From positions 83,928-147,927 of the IMG/VR virus record IMGVR_UViG_3300036768_000279: DNA of 64,000 bases; one strand, 5' to 3'. Made by a program: the position numbers and the translations under genes. Position 1 is the stretch's first letter. Each line of letters starts with the position of its first letter. The stretch comes from a virus. Below, piece after piece: positions 1-10,939 of the stretch. Below the pieces are notes generated by a model that was not told the origin of the DNA, made no database searches, and saw only the letters and a program-made list of their open reading frames with translations.

Positions 1-2
1 CC

Positions 3-179
3 CAGGTTGTTTGGCCGCGAGTAGCCAATCAAACTATGAATCATTCTGAATTCCACACGCACATATGGCCCGCCAGACCAATTCCATTGCCACGTAGTGG
101 TCGTGAGTTTATTGGTGCTACATATAATGAACATGATATCATTGATGTAGAGCAGCAGAGATTATTGTATGGTAGGTAA
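3..179 (+). CDS. 3' end of an upstream gene, possibly glycosyltransferase-related (partial)
   Basis: Open frame QVVWPRVANQTMNHSEFH...REFIGATYNEHD...LLYGR* running in from the window edge. Confidence 0.5.
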   Translation, partial: QVVWPRVANQTMNHSEFHTHIWPARPIPLPRSGREFIGATYNEHDIIDVEQQRLLYGR

Positions 180-530
180 GAGACGCTATGTTTGTGATGA
201 TCGTATGACGCTGGAGTCATGTTATTGGGCTGGCTTTATTGCATCGGATGGCCACATCAATCCTGTGCCTCATGGACTTGATCTAATTCGCCAATTGAAT
301 GCCGCATTAGACTGAATGGCGTGCATAGTTGGCTTGAAGCACTTGAAAAGAGATTCAACATTACGACCGCCAAGACTAAAACGTTACAGCCCCCAGCACT
401 AAGTGGCAATCGTTTATGGGCCTTTGTTATTGGCTTTTTGGATGGCGATGGCTAAAGGAACTCTTGGATCGTGAGTTTCCTCAACAAGATTGATGTTCCC
501 AAGCTTCAACGAAAGTGGTGTAAGGTATGA
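169..530 (+). pseudogene. Degraded LAGLIDADG homing endonuclease
   Basis: Fragments YWAGFIASDG, AFVIGFLDGDG* and [11 protein letters not shown] separated by stops and deletions; paralogous to 2620..3258; final TGA overlaps the guaB ATG. Confidence 0.8.
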
Positions 531-1594
531 TTCGTAAGGGATATTCATTTGACGACGTGTTGTTGGTGCCTCGGTATAACGACATTCCTAGCCGAAAGGA
601 CGTAGACACGTCCATCAAGTTTGGTGAACTGCATCTTAGTATTCCAGTCCTTTCGGCGAATATGGATACCATTACAGGATCCAACATGGCTCGCGAGATT
701 GCCAATCTTGGTGGTCTTGGCGTTCTTCATAGATTCTGTTCGATTGAAGACAACATCAAGATGTATTGTGAGTCTATTGATAGACACTACACCGACCCAG
801 TTGCACAATATGGCATTGTGCCCCAATCGTATGAACGTCATACCGTCGTATCGCTTGGAGTGAATGAAGGTCTTGAACGTTGCGAAGCACTGTATCAAGT
901 TGGTGCTCGCTACTTCTGTGTAGATGTGGCACACGGTCACACAAAAGCTATTGGCAAGTTTGTTAAGCTACTCAAGAAGCAATACAGCGACATCTTTGTT
1001 ATCGGCGGCAACGTTGCGACGCATGCCGCCGCTGATTATCTGGCGTCGTGTGGTGCTGATGCAATCAAAGTAGGTATCGGTCCTGGTAGCGTGTGTACCA
1101 CACGCATTAAAACTGGTTGCGGCGTGCCGCAACTCACAGCTATCATGGATTGTGCTAAAGTTGACCGCATCATCATTGCTGATGGCGGCATCAAGACGCC
1201 GGGTGATGCCGTCAAGGCGTTGGCTGCTGGTGCTCACGTTATTATGCTTGGTGGTATGTTAGCTGGATGTGACGAAACCCCCGGTGAAGTACAAGATGAC
1301 CACTATCCCTTTGCGGGCAAGCACAAGCTATTTCGAGGAATGGCCTCGAAAGAGGCTCAAGAAGACTTCATGGGTTCTATGGCAGGCTGGAAAGCCGCCG
1401 AAGGTGTACAGATCAAAGTACGAGCCAAGGGGCCAGTAAAGAACGTGATTGCGGATTTGATGGGCGGCATTCGATCAGGCATGACGTATTGTGGTTCACG
1501 CAACATTGAAGCCTTGCATCGCAATGCCGAATTCATTGAAGTCACGTCAAATTGTGTGAAGGAAAATACGCCGCACGGCGAAGGAAGACTATGA
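527..1594 (+). CDS. guaB: IMP dehydrogenase / GMP reductase family, no CBS domain
   Basis: [44 protein letters not shown] motifs. Confidence 0.9.
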   Translation: MIRKGYSFDDVLLVPRYNDIPSRKDVDTSIKFGELHLSIPVLSANMDTITGSNMAREIANLGGLGVLHRFCSIEDNIKMYCESIDRHYTDPVAQYGIVPQSYERHTVVSLGVNEGLERCEALYQVGARYFCVDVAHGHTKAIGKFVKLLKKQYSDIFVIGGNVATHAAADYLASCGADAIKVGIGPGSVCTTRIKTGCGVPQLTAIMDCAKVDRIIIADGGIKTPGDAVKALAAGAHVIMLGGMLAGCDETPGEVQDDHYPFAGKHKLFRGMASKEAQEDFMGSMAGWKAAEGVQIKVRAKGPVKNVIADLMGGIRSGMTYCGSRNIEALHRNAEFIEVTSNCVKENTPHGEGRL

Positions 1595-1731
1595 ACAACA
1601 TTGTTGATAAATCGGCTCTAGATTTCTATAAAGACAAAAGTCGTCCTGATGGCATTTCGTCTCGTTGCAAAATTTGTGACAAACAAAAGCAGGAACAATT
1701 ACAGAGACTAGGCAGATTGTTACAGCCATGA
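1591..1731 (+). pseudogene. 46-aa Zn-finger stub of an HNH/EndoVII-type endonuclease
   Basis: [31 protein letters not shown]...; ATGA overlaps with both neighbours. Confidence 0.6.
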
Positions 1732-2630
1732 AAATTCTTGTTTCGTACCGAGCGATTCCTCAGTCGCCCGGTTGGGCGACGGGTGATTGTGTAGTGCGTG
1801 CCTTTCAGGCATTGGGGCACGATGTCACTCCGTACGGTAATTACTATCAGACGCAGAAACGTCTGGAGGATTGTAACGTACTCGCAGATGACTGGGATCT
1901 ATTCTTATTTCTTGAATGTGGCGACGGCGATCCAGTCTACACAGAGCTAGCCAACATACGAGCACGTAAACGTGCGAGTTGGTTCTTTGACGCAGCCCTG
2001 TATCCTCAGCACTGGCTAGCCATCCTTCGCCTATTTGAGTTTGATGTCAACTTCATTGCCAATAGCACAATGCTATATGACAATCTCAATACAGAGTACC
2101 TGCCATATGCAGCAGATCCAGCACTACACTATAGATCCTATAAAGAAAAAACACGCGATTTTCTACTCATCGGATCTGATAGGCCAGAAAGACGCAGACT
2201 TTACGATCTCATGAAAAGAGCTTGTCCAGATGCTAGAATAGATTTTATTCATGGTGTCTTTCGTGAAGCATACATTGATGCGTTAGCCTCTAGTCATTAT
2301 GTGATAAATGATGTTGCTGGCGGTGGGGCGGGTCTTTTACCAATGAGATGTACGGAAACCATGGCGGCAGGTAGTGTATTACTGAGTGTGCAAGACCCGG
2401 CACTGCCGACCATTGGTACTAACTTAGAGCACTATATTAATTTTCGAGACGAGAATCATCTTTTTGGCACAGAGGTTAATGGCACTAATCACTTTCATCA
2501 TATGTTTGCTTGTGGAGAAAGCTTCTCTAAGCGAATTGCATTGACTGGACAACAACATTGTCTAGAACATCATACATATCGTAATAGATGTCAAGCCATT
2601 CTTCAAAGACTTTTTCCATATGAGACGTAG
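1728..2630 (+). CDS. CgeB-like (GT-B) glycosyltransferase
   Basis: YLPYAADP, MRCTETMAAG, HTYRNRCQAIL. Confidence 0.75.
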   Translation: MKILVSYRAIPQSPGWATGDCVVRAFQALGHDVTPYGNYYQTQKRLEDCNVLADDWDLFLFLECGDGDPVYTELANIRARKRASWFFDAALYPQHWLAILRLFEFDVNFIANSTMLYDNLNTEYLPYAADPALHYRSYKEKTRDFLLIGSDRPERRRLYDLMKRACPDARIDFIHGVFREAYIDALASSHYVINDVAGGGAGLLPMRCTETMAAGSVLLSVQDPALPTIGTNLEHYINFRDENHLFGTEVNGTNHFHHMFACGESFSKRIALTGQQHCLEHHTYRNRCQAILQRLFPYET

Positions 2631-3258
2631 GCAATACTCAGTCAATGACGATTTCTTTTCTAGTCCAACCCCATTGAACTCTTATTGGGCTGGCTTTATT
2701 GCGGCGGACGGTTGCGTGCATGAAGACAAGTATTCCAAGTGGCTTGAAATTAGTATTGATTATAAGGACATAGATCATGTCGCTCGGTTTTGTGAGGATG
2801 TTGAGTACAATGGACCTATTGCTAGATACGATCATATAGTGCGTGTTGTTATTTATAGTAAACAAATAGTTAATGATCTTGAACGACACTTCAATATCAC
2901 TCAACGCAAATCTTTGACATTACGGCGTCCTCATTTGTCAGATATCAATTCTCTTGCGTATATCATAGGATATATTGATGGCGATGGTTGTATTTACATT
3001 AAAGACAATAAATATTTAGGTTTGAATGTTGTTGGTACAACAGATGTGCTTGAGTTTATGATTGAGAGATTTAAGACAATGACAACGTGGCCCACGCATT
3101 GTAGACAGTCGTCTATCCGGCCAGCTACTAATTGTAAAACTAACATCACTAAGCAATATGCTATAGTCGGTGATCATTGCAAGACAATACTGTCTAAACT
3201 CAATGCTATGGACGTACCAAAAATGAGTCGTAAGTGGCGTCATGTTTCTTCCAAATAG
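2620..3258 (+). CDS. LAGLIDADG homing endonuclease, two motifs
   Basis: YWAGFIAADGC and YIIGYIDGDGC. Confidence 0.9.
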   Translation: MRRRQYSVNDDFFSSPTPLNSYWAGFIAADGCVHEDKYSKWLEISIDYKDIDHVARFCEDVEYNGPIARYDHIVRVVIYSKQIVNDLERHFNITQRKSLTLRRPHLSDINSLAYIIGYIDGDGCIYIKDNKYLGLNVVGTTDVLEFMIERFKTMTTWPTHCRQSSIRPATNCKTNITKQYAIVGDHCKTILSKLNAMDVPKMSRKWRHVSSK

Positions 3259-3335
3259 CGATGGACAAAACGTGGTTTTGCGTGATCATACTTATGGCCG
3301 TCGTTGTGCTACCATTCTAGAAAAGCTGTTTCCAC

Positions 3336-4010
3336 ATGAAAGAGTCTGATACAATCAGTGTTTTGATCTGCTGTCACAGCGTCGATCATGAGCATGATGT
3401 GCTTCTGCAAGAAGCTCTTGAGTCTTTGACTCGACAGACATATCCGAATTTTGAGACCATTCTAGTCCTTGATCAATGCCACGAAGACACGAAATGGACC
3501 GCTGAGCCATACAAAGACATTCTGAATCTCAAGATTCACGAACGTCCTCACAAGCAAGGATTGGCAATTGCCAAGAACTTTGGACTAGCCCATTGCACTG
3601 GGCAATGGGTTGCTTATCTAGACGCTGACGATCAGTGGATGGATTGCAAGCTTGAATGGCAACGCAACTTCTTGCTAGAAAATCCAGGCGTTGATTTCTG
3701 TTTCACAGAAGTATGGGATAGTACCGGTGGCGTACTCACCCCCAACTGCTTCAAGGTGGGACAATACGAAACCCATTCGGCAATTGCTGCTGCTATGCCG
3801 CGTGAAAATGTAGTATGCCATGGATCAGCATTGATTCGCAAGCTGGCCATCGATTCACTTGGTGGATATCGAACAGACCGTTCTCTTCTGGGACGTGAAG
3901 ACTGGGATTTGTGGAAGCGTGCTATTACTAGTGGATTCACGTTTTACAAGATTCCAGAACGTCTATACATCTATTCGATGGGGACAAGCGTAACACGCGG
4001 CGAAGTATGA
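3336..4010 (+). CDS. Glycosyltransferase family 2
   Basis: ISVLIC, AKNFGL, YLDADD, EDWDLW. Confidence 0.9.
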   Translation: MKESDTISVLICCHSVDHEHDVLLQEALESLTRQTYPNFETILVLDQCHEDTKWTAEPYKDILNLKIHERPHKQGLAIAKNFGLAHCTGQWVAYLDADDQWMDCKLEWQRNFLLENPGVDFCFTEVWDSTGGVLTPNCFKVGQYETHSAIAAAMPRENVVCHGSALIRKLAIDSLGGYRTDRSLLGREDWDLWKRAITSGFTFYKIPERLYIYSMGTSVTRGEV

Positions 4011-4978
4011 AAGTTCTGTATGTTGGTTTGAAATACAATTACGGGAAGCATAACGAGGGCTTCTCGTATGAACACATGAATATCGAGTCCGGTATTCGTA
4101 ACTGCGTTGCCCGTGACATGTTTGATGCTGAATACTGGTATCCAGATTCGTATGAATATCAGCCTTCCGCAGAAGAAGTGTTCACTGAAAACAAGTTCGA
4201 CGCCATCTTCCACGTTGCTTTTAATGAATCTCTAGATCTTCCTGAGGGTGTAGCAAAGCTAGCACTCAAGCAGGATATTCCAGTTATTCAATGGGACTGT
4301 GACGCAAGTTGGCGATTCAGTAACTGGATCTTGCCACGCAAGAATCGTGTCAGTCATTTCGTGACCACTCACTCAGCGACGTTGCCGTTATATGAGCGAC
4401 ACGGCATGAAAGTGATTAAATCACAATGGGCTGGCTCTCCCAAGTATCAGCCCAATCGCAAGCTATACAAGTATGATGCGACATTCGTTGGCCAGAAGCA
4501 TGGACAGATGCCGAATGGCAAATTCTGGCGTAGCGAAATTATCGATCAGATGATGGCCGCAGGTATCAAGATTGACCTATTCGGCAATTACTGGGATGGC
4601 TATACAAACTGGCATGGTTATCTAACCGACTTCAATGAAGTGATCGACGTGTTCAATGCGTCTCGTGTCAATTTGAATCTATCTAATCCATGGCATCATG
4701 GCACTATGCCACAAATCAAGGGAAGACATTTCGAGATTCCGCAGTGTCAGGGCTTTCAAATCAGTACACCAGCAGATGATCTAGAGTCGTATTTTGTTCC
4801 AGGCAAAGAAATCATCATTGTCAATACCGTGACAGAGTTGATTGAAAAGACGCGGTACTATCTCAATAATTCTACTGAACGCGAAACGATTGCGTTCGCT
4901 GCTCGTGAACGTATGTTGAACGAGCATCAGTGGCATCATCGCTTCCAGAAGATATTCAAGGAAGTTGGTGTGCTATGA
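4007..4978 (+). CDS. CgeB-family glycosyltransferase
   Basis: YDATFVGQ, NLNLSN, IKGRHFEIP, HQWHHRF. Confidence 0.8.
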   Translation: MKVLYVGLKYNYGKHNEGFSYEHMNIESGIRNCVARDMFDAEYWYPDSYEYQPSAEEVFTENKFDAIFHVAFNESLDLPEGVAKLALKQDIPVIQWDCDASWRFSNWILPRKNRVSHFVTTHSATLPLYERHGMKVIKSQWAGSPKYQPNRKLYKYDATFVGQKHGQMPNGKFWRSEIIDQMMAAGIKIDLFGNYWDGYTNWHGYLTDFNEVIDVFNASRVNLNLSNPWHHGTMPQIKGRHFEIPQCQGFQISTPADDLESYFVPGKEIIIVNTVTELIEKTRYYLNNSTERETIAFAARERMLNEHQWHHRFQKIFKEVGVL

Positions 4979-5511
4979 TCAAGCTCAATCTAGCGTCTCA
5001 CGGCGATAACCGCGAAGGGTTTATTAATATTGATTTCGATCATCCTACAGCAGATCTCAAGGCGGACGTAACCGACCTTCCGTTTCAAGACGACTCTGTT
5101 GATGTGATTCTTGCATATCATATTTTGGAACACTTTCGTGCTGGTGAATACGAGCCACATCTTGCAAATCCATTAAATCCAAAAACAGCAATGGCGGCTC
5201 TTGGAGAGTGGCGTCGCGTTTTGAAGCCGGGCGGCAAGCTAGAAATCAAGGTGCCTGATTTTGAAAAGATTGTTTGGCTATACTATAACTATCCGCAATG
5301 GGCCAGATCAGAGTCGAGCGTTAATGCACCGTTTGCAAGCTATAGTGACTGGATTATTTCGAATGGACAGCATCAATGTCTGTTTGACAAACGGACAATG
5401 ACAAAGCTACTGACGGTCTGCGGTTTTACGAACATCACGTTCCTAGACGGGCAGCCAGTCGCGTCGATCAATCGAGCCAATCTTGAAATGTACGTGGTGT
5501 GCAGCAAATGA
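4975..5511 (+). CDS. Class I SAM-dependent methyltransferase-like
   Basis: LPFQDDSVD, HILEH, RRVLKPGG; ATG 4975 overlaps the upstream stop. Confidence 0.8.
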   Translation: MIKLNLASHGDNREGFINIDFDHPTADLKADVTDLPFQDDSVDVILAYHILEHFRAGEYEPHLANPLNPKTAMAALGEWRRVLKPGGKLEIKVPDFEKIVWLYYNYPQWARSESSVNAPFASYSDWIISNGQHQCLFDKRTMTKLLTVCGFTNITFLDGQPVASINRANLEMYVVCSK

Positions 5512-6143
5512 ATTACATGACACGTAAAGACAATCACGACTTCATGGACCCCGAGCATATCGCGAGGTTCCTGCGTAACCATCGTACCGGCACAGATAAT
5601 CTTGGTCGGCATCGTCTCGCCGAAATGATTCGCGAACACGACAATCCCACCGTACTTGATGTTGCGTGTGGTACATGCGTCAACTGGGAAGTATTGAAGG
5701 GGTTGCACGTTCAATGTCGCTATTTTGGGCTAGATCGCACACAGAAAATGCTAGATCACGCCAGAAAACTGTACCCTGGCGAAATTGAATTAAAACAGGG
5801 CTATATCCAAAGTATTCCATTTCAAGATAATTCTTTTGATGTTGTCGTTGCTCGTCACATCCTTGAGCATTTAGGCGAGGGGTATGAAGCGGCGATCAAA
5901 GAAGTCTATCGAGTTGCCTCCAAGGAAGCGATCATTGTTCTATTTGTTGATCTGGCTGACATGCCTGCGGACGTAATCAAGGAGTCTGAGCCAGATGAGA
6001 ATGGATGTACGTATTTCTGGAATACCTACGCTCACGACAAATTCATGGCATTCCTTGGAACATTGGGGTGTCGCGTAAGCGTTGAGTACGTGCCCACGCC
6101 CGGTGCCGCTGCAAATGACACAATTATTCGATTGATCAAATAA
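5508..6143 (+). CDS. Class I SAM-dependent methyltransferase
   Basis: VLDVACGT, IPFQDNSFDVV, HILEH. Confidence 0.85.
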   Translation: MNYMTRKDNHDFMDPEHIARFLRNHRTGTDNLGRHRLAEMIREHDNPTVLDVACGTCVNWEVLKGLHVQCRYFGLDRTQKMLDHARKLYPGEIELKQGYIQSIPFQDNSFDVVVARHILEHLGEGYEAAIKEVYRVASKEAIIVLFVDLADMPADVIKESEPDENGCTYFWNTYAHDKFMAFLGTLGCRVSVEYVPTPGAAANDTIIRLIK

Positions 6144-6388
6144 TGCCTAAGTTGCTAGATCTACATGGCAAACGTTTTGGTCGCTTGATGGCTACCAACC
6201 ACATCAGCAGTCACTTAGCTGGGCCCAAAAGACTCTGTTATTGTGGATGTATTCGCAGGAAACCAAGGGGATATGCGGCTAGAAATGTTGTACTCAAGAG
6301 ATACAAGAAGCATGCTAAGGGCACAATGAAGTTCACGGACTTTCGTTCTTGGGCAATGCGTATAGCTAAAGTGGTGGATACATGGTAG
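6143..6388 (+). pseudogene. Internally deleted HNH endonuclease
   Basis: DLHGKRFGRL N-terminus, CGC and YKKHA fused to a KGTM..F..W C-terminus; nuclease core missing (compare 34569..34989). Confidence 0.7.
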
Positions 6389-7227
6389 ACGTTACTTTTG
6401 GTATTCTTAACTACAACCCTGATGCAGATGGTCCAGCAACGGCGGCTTTTATTGCTGCTGTTGAATCTCTTGCTGCCAATCGTAGCAAGAATCTGACGAG
6501 CGAAGTATATCTGATTGATCAGGCTAGTCAGCCTGAGTTGACGGCGAATCTTGCCGCTAAGTTTGGGTTCCAGGCCGTGTTATTGCGGAGCAACGTGGGG
6601 ATAAGTCGTGGTATCAACCTGCTCGCCAATATGGCTCGCGGGAAGTTTGTGTCGCTCGTAACCTCCGACGTGACATTCACGCCTGGATTGGACGACACGT
6701 TGGTCTCGGCTCTTCGAGCCGATCCAACAATCTATCAGATCTGTCCAGTATCGGATAACTCGTCGCTAGATCACCAACGTGCTCCGCATGCTCGCGAAGA
6801 TGGCATCCTGTTGCAGAACATTGTGCAAGAGTTGACGATTCAGTTTTGGCCACGTACCGTCTTTGAAAAGATCGGATACTTCGACGAACGCTGGAAGGCG
6901 TGTTACGAGAACATGGACTTCGCACTCAGAGCGTTTATTGAGGGTGGCTCAGTTGTAGTTCACCAGGGTGCATGGTGTCATCATGAACACAACGGCACCA
7001 CAAAGAGTGGTGCAATTCACAAGGCTTACGACGGCTATCTGCCCATGCCAAATGGACTTACGCACGACCTGTTGGGACAGATGTGGCGTAACAAGTGGCC
7101 CAATCTTGAGAGATACATGAATCATTATGAGACGTTTACTAAAGACATGGGTCCGACGCGGGCGGCAATGTTTCATGCGTATAGCAAGAACGTGTATCTA
7201 CCGTATGTACAAGAGGTCACTTACTAA
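6382..7227 (+). CDS. Glycosyltransferase family 2
   Basis: NVGISRGIN, FEKIGYFDERW, ENMDFALR. Confidence 0.8.
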   Translation: MVDVTFGILNYNPDADGPATAAFIAAVESLAANRSKNLTSEVYLIDQASQPELTANLAAKFGFQAVLLRSNVGISRGINLLANMARGKFVSLVTSDVTFTPGLDDTLVSALRADPTIYQICPVSDNSSLDHQRAPHAREDGILLQNIVQELTIQFWPRTVFEKIGYFDERWKACYENMDFALRAFIEGGSVVVHQGAWCHHEHNGTTKSGAIHKAYDGYLPMPNGLTHDLLGQMWRNKWPNLERYMNHYETFTKDMGPTRAAMFHAYSKNVYLPYVQEVTY

Positions 7228-7228
7228 C

Positions 7229-7819
7229 ATGAAACGTTATGACATTATTCGATACCTGATTGAAAAGCGTGGATACAAGTCCTATCTTGAGATCGGGGTG
7301 CTTGGAAACGAAACGTACAATAGCCTGCCGCCTTTGGATGTGAAACACAGCGTAGACCCTAATGGTCAAGCGGTTTTCAACATGACATCGGATGAGTTCT
7401 TTGCTAACCATTGCAAGCAGAGTTACGACATAATCTTCATTGATGGTCTACACCTTGCAGAACAAGTTCAAAGAGATATCGAAAACTCATTGACACACCT
7501 AAACGACGGTGGCATAATAGTTGTGCATGACTGTTTGCCCTCTGCGGAGTACGAGCAGTTACGAGAAGGCATTAGTGGCAAACCATGGACAGGCGACGTA
7601 TGGAAGGCGTTTGCGGCCATGCGAGCTGATCGTCGTGATTTGATTATGCGTGTTGTAGATACGGACTATGGATGTGGACTGATTGAGCGTGGCGTTGACC
7701 CCTGTATGCTTGTTGAGCTTCGTCCAATCGACGGCTACACTTGGGATTTCTTTTGCAAGCATCGTAACAAGATTATGGGTGTAATCACCGTGGAGCAATT
7801 CCTTGGACATTGGCAATAG
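7229..7819 (+). CDS. Methyltransferase (Methyltransf_24-like)
   Basis: YLEIGV, DIIFIDGLH, GGIIVVHD; start moved to ATG 7229. Confidence 0.85.
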   Translation: MKRYDIIRYLIEKRGYKSYLEIGVLGNETYNSLPPLDVKHSVDPNGQAVFNMTSDEFFANHCKQSYDIIFIDGLHLAEQVQRDIENSLTHLNDGGIIVVHDCLPSAEYEQLREGISGKPWTGDVWKAFAAMRADRRDLIMRVVDTDYGCGLIERGVDPCMLVELRPIDGYTWDFFCKHRNKIMGVITVEQFLGHWQ

Positions 7820-8318
7820 ACACTGGATTGAAGCTGAGGCCGCAGTACGCATGCCCTTTACCAAGGATATGCGAGTGCTTGAAATTGGTAGCTGGATCGC
7901 TCCTGGTCAAGAAGATATTATTTGCCGAAAGACAATAGCACCACAAGTACTAGAGTATATTGGCCTTGATATGCAAACGGGACCGGGCGTTGACGTGGTT
8001 GCAGATGCCAAAGCCATTCCGTTCCCCGATAATCACTTTGATGTGATCATCAGTACAGACTGCTACGAACACGTTGATTGGCCTCGTGAAGTAACTCATG
8101 AGGCTTTTCGTGTTTTGAAGCCGGGTGGCATCTTCTATCTCACATCAGTCTTTGACTTTGAGATCCACGGTTATCCAGATGACTTCTGGCGTTTTACGCC
8201 GAACTGCATCAAGCTACTACTCGAAGACGCTGGCTTTGAAATGGTAAGCAATGGCGGCGTTGGTGGTCCTCACAATAAACGTCCTTGCATCGTGCGAGGG
8301 ATCGGACGTAAGCCATGA
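7803..8318 (+). CDS. Class I SAM-dependent methyltransferase
   Basis: VLEIGS, GPGVDVV, EHV, RVLKPGG, YPDDFWRFT. Confidence 0.85.
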   Translation: MDIGNRHWIEAEAAVRMPFTKDMRVLEIGSWIAPGQEDIICRKTIAPQVLEYIGLDMQTGPGVDVVADAKAIPFPDNHFDVIISTDCYEHVDWPREVTHEAFRVLKPGGIFYLTSVFDFEIHGYPDDFWRFTPNCIKLLLEDAGFEMVSNGGVGGPHNKRPCIVRGIGRKP

Positions 8319-9232
8319 AAGTCTTAGTTACTGGCGGCAATGGATTCGTTGGCAAGCATGTCGTTTCGGTACTGCGTGCCGAAGGTCATGAGGTCATAGC
8401 ACCTACAAGTGCTGAGATGAACCTATTCTCTCAATTCCAGTACGAATCGCCAGACACTGGCTTACTGTATTGGTTTTCCAATTGCGATGCCGTTATTCAT
8501 CTTGCTGCCATTTGTGGTGGAATCGGCATCAACAAAGACAACCCCGGCAAGTTCATGTATGAGAACTTGCAGATGGGATTGAATGTTATCGAGGCGTGTC
8601 GCCTTGCCGGGGTTAAGAAGCTTGTCAACCTCAGCACCGTCTGTTCATACCCCAAGCACACACCAGTGCCATTTCGAGAGAGTGATATCTGGAATGGCTA
8701 CCCAGAAGAGACCAATGCTCCATATGGTATCGCCAAGAAAGCTATCGTAGAGCTTGGTATTGCATATCACAAGCAATATGGTCTCAACGTAACGAACCTT
8801 GTGCCAGTCAATATGGCTGGTGAGCACGATCACTTCGACTTGTATTCGTCACACGTACTACCAGCCATGATCCGCAAGTTCGAAGAGGCTCAAGACGTTG
8901 TGGTACTATGGGGAACTGGCTCTGCCTCTCGCGAGTTCCTATATGTTGGCGACTGTGCGAGAGCTATCGCCATCGCTATCGAGAAAGACACTGATCCGCA
9001 GCCTATCAACCTTGGAACTGGACAAGAGATCACTATCAAGGAATTGGCGGAGACTGTCAAGAGAATTGGTGGCTATACCGCTACCATTGTTTGGGATAGC
9101 ACAAAGCCCGATGGACAGCCGCGTAGATGTCTAGATGTTTCGCGTGCCAAGAGTGTTCTAAATTGGGAGGCCACAACATCAATCCAAGATACTGTCGCCA
9201 AGACAATCAAGTGGTATCGCGATGCAAAGTAA
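8315..9232 (+). CDS. fcl: GDP-L-fucose synthase
   Basis: TGGNGFVG, CSYPK, YGIAK, SHVLPAMIRK, WGTGSASREFLY, KPDGQPRR. Confidence 0.95.
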   Translation: MKVLVTGGNGFVGKHVVSVLRAEGHEVIAPTSAEMNLFSQFQYESPDTGLLYWFSNCDAVIHLAAICGGIGINKDNPGKFMYENLQMGLNVIEACRLAGVKKLVNLSTVCSYPKHTPVPFRESDIWNGYPEETNAPYGIAKKAIVELGIAYHKQYGLNVTNLVPVNMAGEHDHFDLYSSHVLPAMIRKFEEAQDVVVLWGTGSASREFLYVGDCARAIAIAIEKDTDPQPINLGTGQEITIKELAETVKRIGGYTATIVWDSTKPDGQPRRCLDVSRAKSVLNWEATTSIQDTVAKTIKWYRDAK

Positions 9233-10244
9233 AACTGCAATCATCACTGGCGTGACCGGCCAAGATGGCTTCTATCTCGCCCACTACTTGCTCCAGTTGG
9301 GTTATCGCGTCGTTGGCATTCGTCGTCGTACGTCTATGCCAACAGACGGACGCCTCCGCACGCTACGTGGAAGTCCCAATTTCGTTGTAGTTGACGGAGA
9401 CATTTCTGACATTTCAAGCATTCAAGATGCCGTTCGAAAGTTTCAACCCGACGAGTTCTATCACTTGGCTGCTCAATCGCATGTTGCTATGTCTTGGAAG
9501 TATCCAATTACCACATGTGAACTGACGGGACTTGGTGTTCTGAACTGCCTTGAGGCCATTCGTCAAGAGAAGCTAGATTGTCGCTTCTATTTTGCCGGTT
9601 CAAGCGAACAGTTTGGGAATCCAATCCACAACGGCAAGACAGCGAGCTTGAATGAAGATACGCCGATGGAGCCCGAATCGCCTTACGCTGCCGCTAAGGT
9701 ATTCGGGTTCAATATTACACAGGTCTATCGTCGCTCATTTGGTATGTACACCGCTTGCGGCATCTTGTTCAATCATGAGTCTCCACTGCGTGGCGAGGAG
9801 TTCGTAACCCGCAAAATCACGAGCAATCTAGCCCGCGTGAAGTGGGGACTGCAAGAGCATGTTGAATTAGGCAATATGGACGCTTGCCGCGACTGGGGAT
9901 TCGCTGGTGATTATGTGCGTGCTATGCACGCCATGCTACAGCTTGATGAGCCAGATGACTTTGTAATCGCAACAGGCAATACGTATTCCGTACGTACATT
10001 CTTTGATGCCTGCTGCAATTTTTTCGATCTGGAACCGGAGAAGGTCTACAAGATCAATCCTGCTTTTAAACGCCCCAAGGATGTTGAGGTTTTGTTGGGC
10101 GACAGCACCAAGGCTAGAAAGAAGCTCAACTGGTATCCGCAGTGTGACTTCAATCAGCTAGTACACAAGATGTGTCGGTATGACTTCCACTTGCAATCTC
10201 CCGACCCCGCGTTTGTCCGCAAGGCAGACGAATTCCTTTTCTAG
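9222..10244 (+). CDS. gmd: GDP-mannose 4,6-dehydratase
   Basis: ITGVTGQDG, LAAQSHV, SPYAAAK, FNHESPLRG, RDWG. Confidence 0.95.
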   Translation: MQSKTAIITGVTGQDGFYLAHYLLQLGYRVVGIRRRTSMPTDGRLRTLRGSPNFVVVDGDISDISSIQDAVRKFQPDEFYHLAAQSHVAMSWKYPITTCELTGLGVLNCLEAIRQEKLDCRFYFAGSSEQFGNPIHNGKTASLNEDTPMEPESPYAAAKVFGFNITQVYRRSFGMYTACGILFNHESPLRGEEFVTRKITSNLARVKWGLQEHVELGNMDACRDWGFAGDYVRAMHAMLQLDEPDDFVIATGNTYSVRTFFDACCNFFDLEPEKVYKINPAFKRPKDVEVLLGDSTKARKKLNWYPQCDFNQLVHKMCRYDFHLQSPDPAFVRKADEFLF

Positions 10245-10252
10245 GAGTTATC

Positions 10253-10939
10253 ATGAATAAAAATGAAGATAAGCACGAGATCACTGAACGTGAGAAGCGT
10301 GCATGGAAAGATGGGGCCAAGCCTCGTAGACGTGAACGTCCCAAGCTTACAATGCCGCAGAGAATTGAGTTCTTGAAGCTAATTGCACAGCTTGCAAGCA
10401 ACTCAACGTTCGAACGGAAGCTTGGATTGGACCCAGCAGACATTGAATACTACAAGAAGCAATTCGATGTTGAGAATCAAGACGATGCACGTCGTTTGTA
10501 CAAGCGTCTTGAGATTGCTATGGTCGAGGGACGCGAAGAAGTCATCATCAACGAGACGAGCAAAGCTCGTGCTGCCGAAGAGACCGCTAATCTCAGGCTC
10601 AAAGAGCTTGAGTTGCGTCGCACTATTGAGAAGCGTGAAAAGGCCGTAGGCACACCTGACGGCAACAAGGTTCGTGCAGAAGATGCCGAACGTCAGCAAC
10701 GTTTTCAAGCTGAGCAAGAAGCTAAAACAGCAGAGGCTCTAAGCAAGAGCGAACCCTGGTCTCTGCCTCTCGCAGGTTCTGAGTCTGATAGACGCGGCAT
10801 CATTGACCGCTTCCGTAGAGATCTTGAGAATTGCGGTATGCAGTTCTGTATCAACAAGTATCACGCTTCGCCAATGCAATTGAAGGCGGAAGCGAATAGA
10901 CTCAAGCTTCGCGTGAATTGGGATCGCGTTAAGCGATAA
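10253..10939 (+). CDS. Hypothetical coiled-coil protein
   Basis: 228-aa ORF with AGGAG ribosome-binding site. Confidence 0.7.
   Translation: MNKNEDKHEITEREKRAWKDGAKPRRRERPKLTMPQRIEFLKLIAQLASNSTFERKLGLDPADIEYYKKQFDVENQDDARRLYKRLEIAMVEGREEVIINETSKARAAEETANLRLKELELRRTIEKREKAVGTPDGNKVRAEDAERQQRFQAEQEAKTAEALSKSEPWSLPLAGSESDRRGIIDRFRRDLENCGMQFCINKYHASPMQLKAEANRLKLRVNWDRVKR

Noticed and set aside
2620-3258. Group I intron or intein housing the LAGLIDADG
   Set aside because: Flanking genes appear complete and no intron core or intein motifs are visible; treated as free-standing
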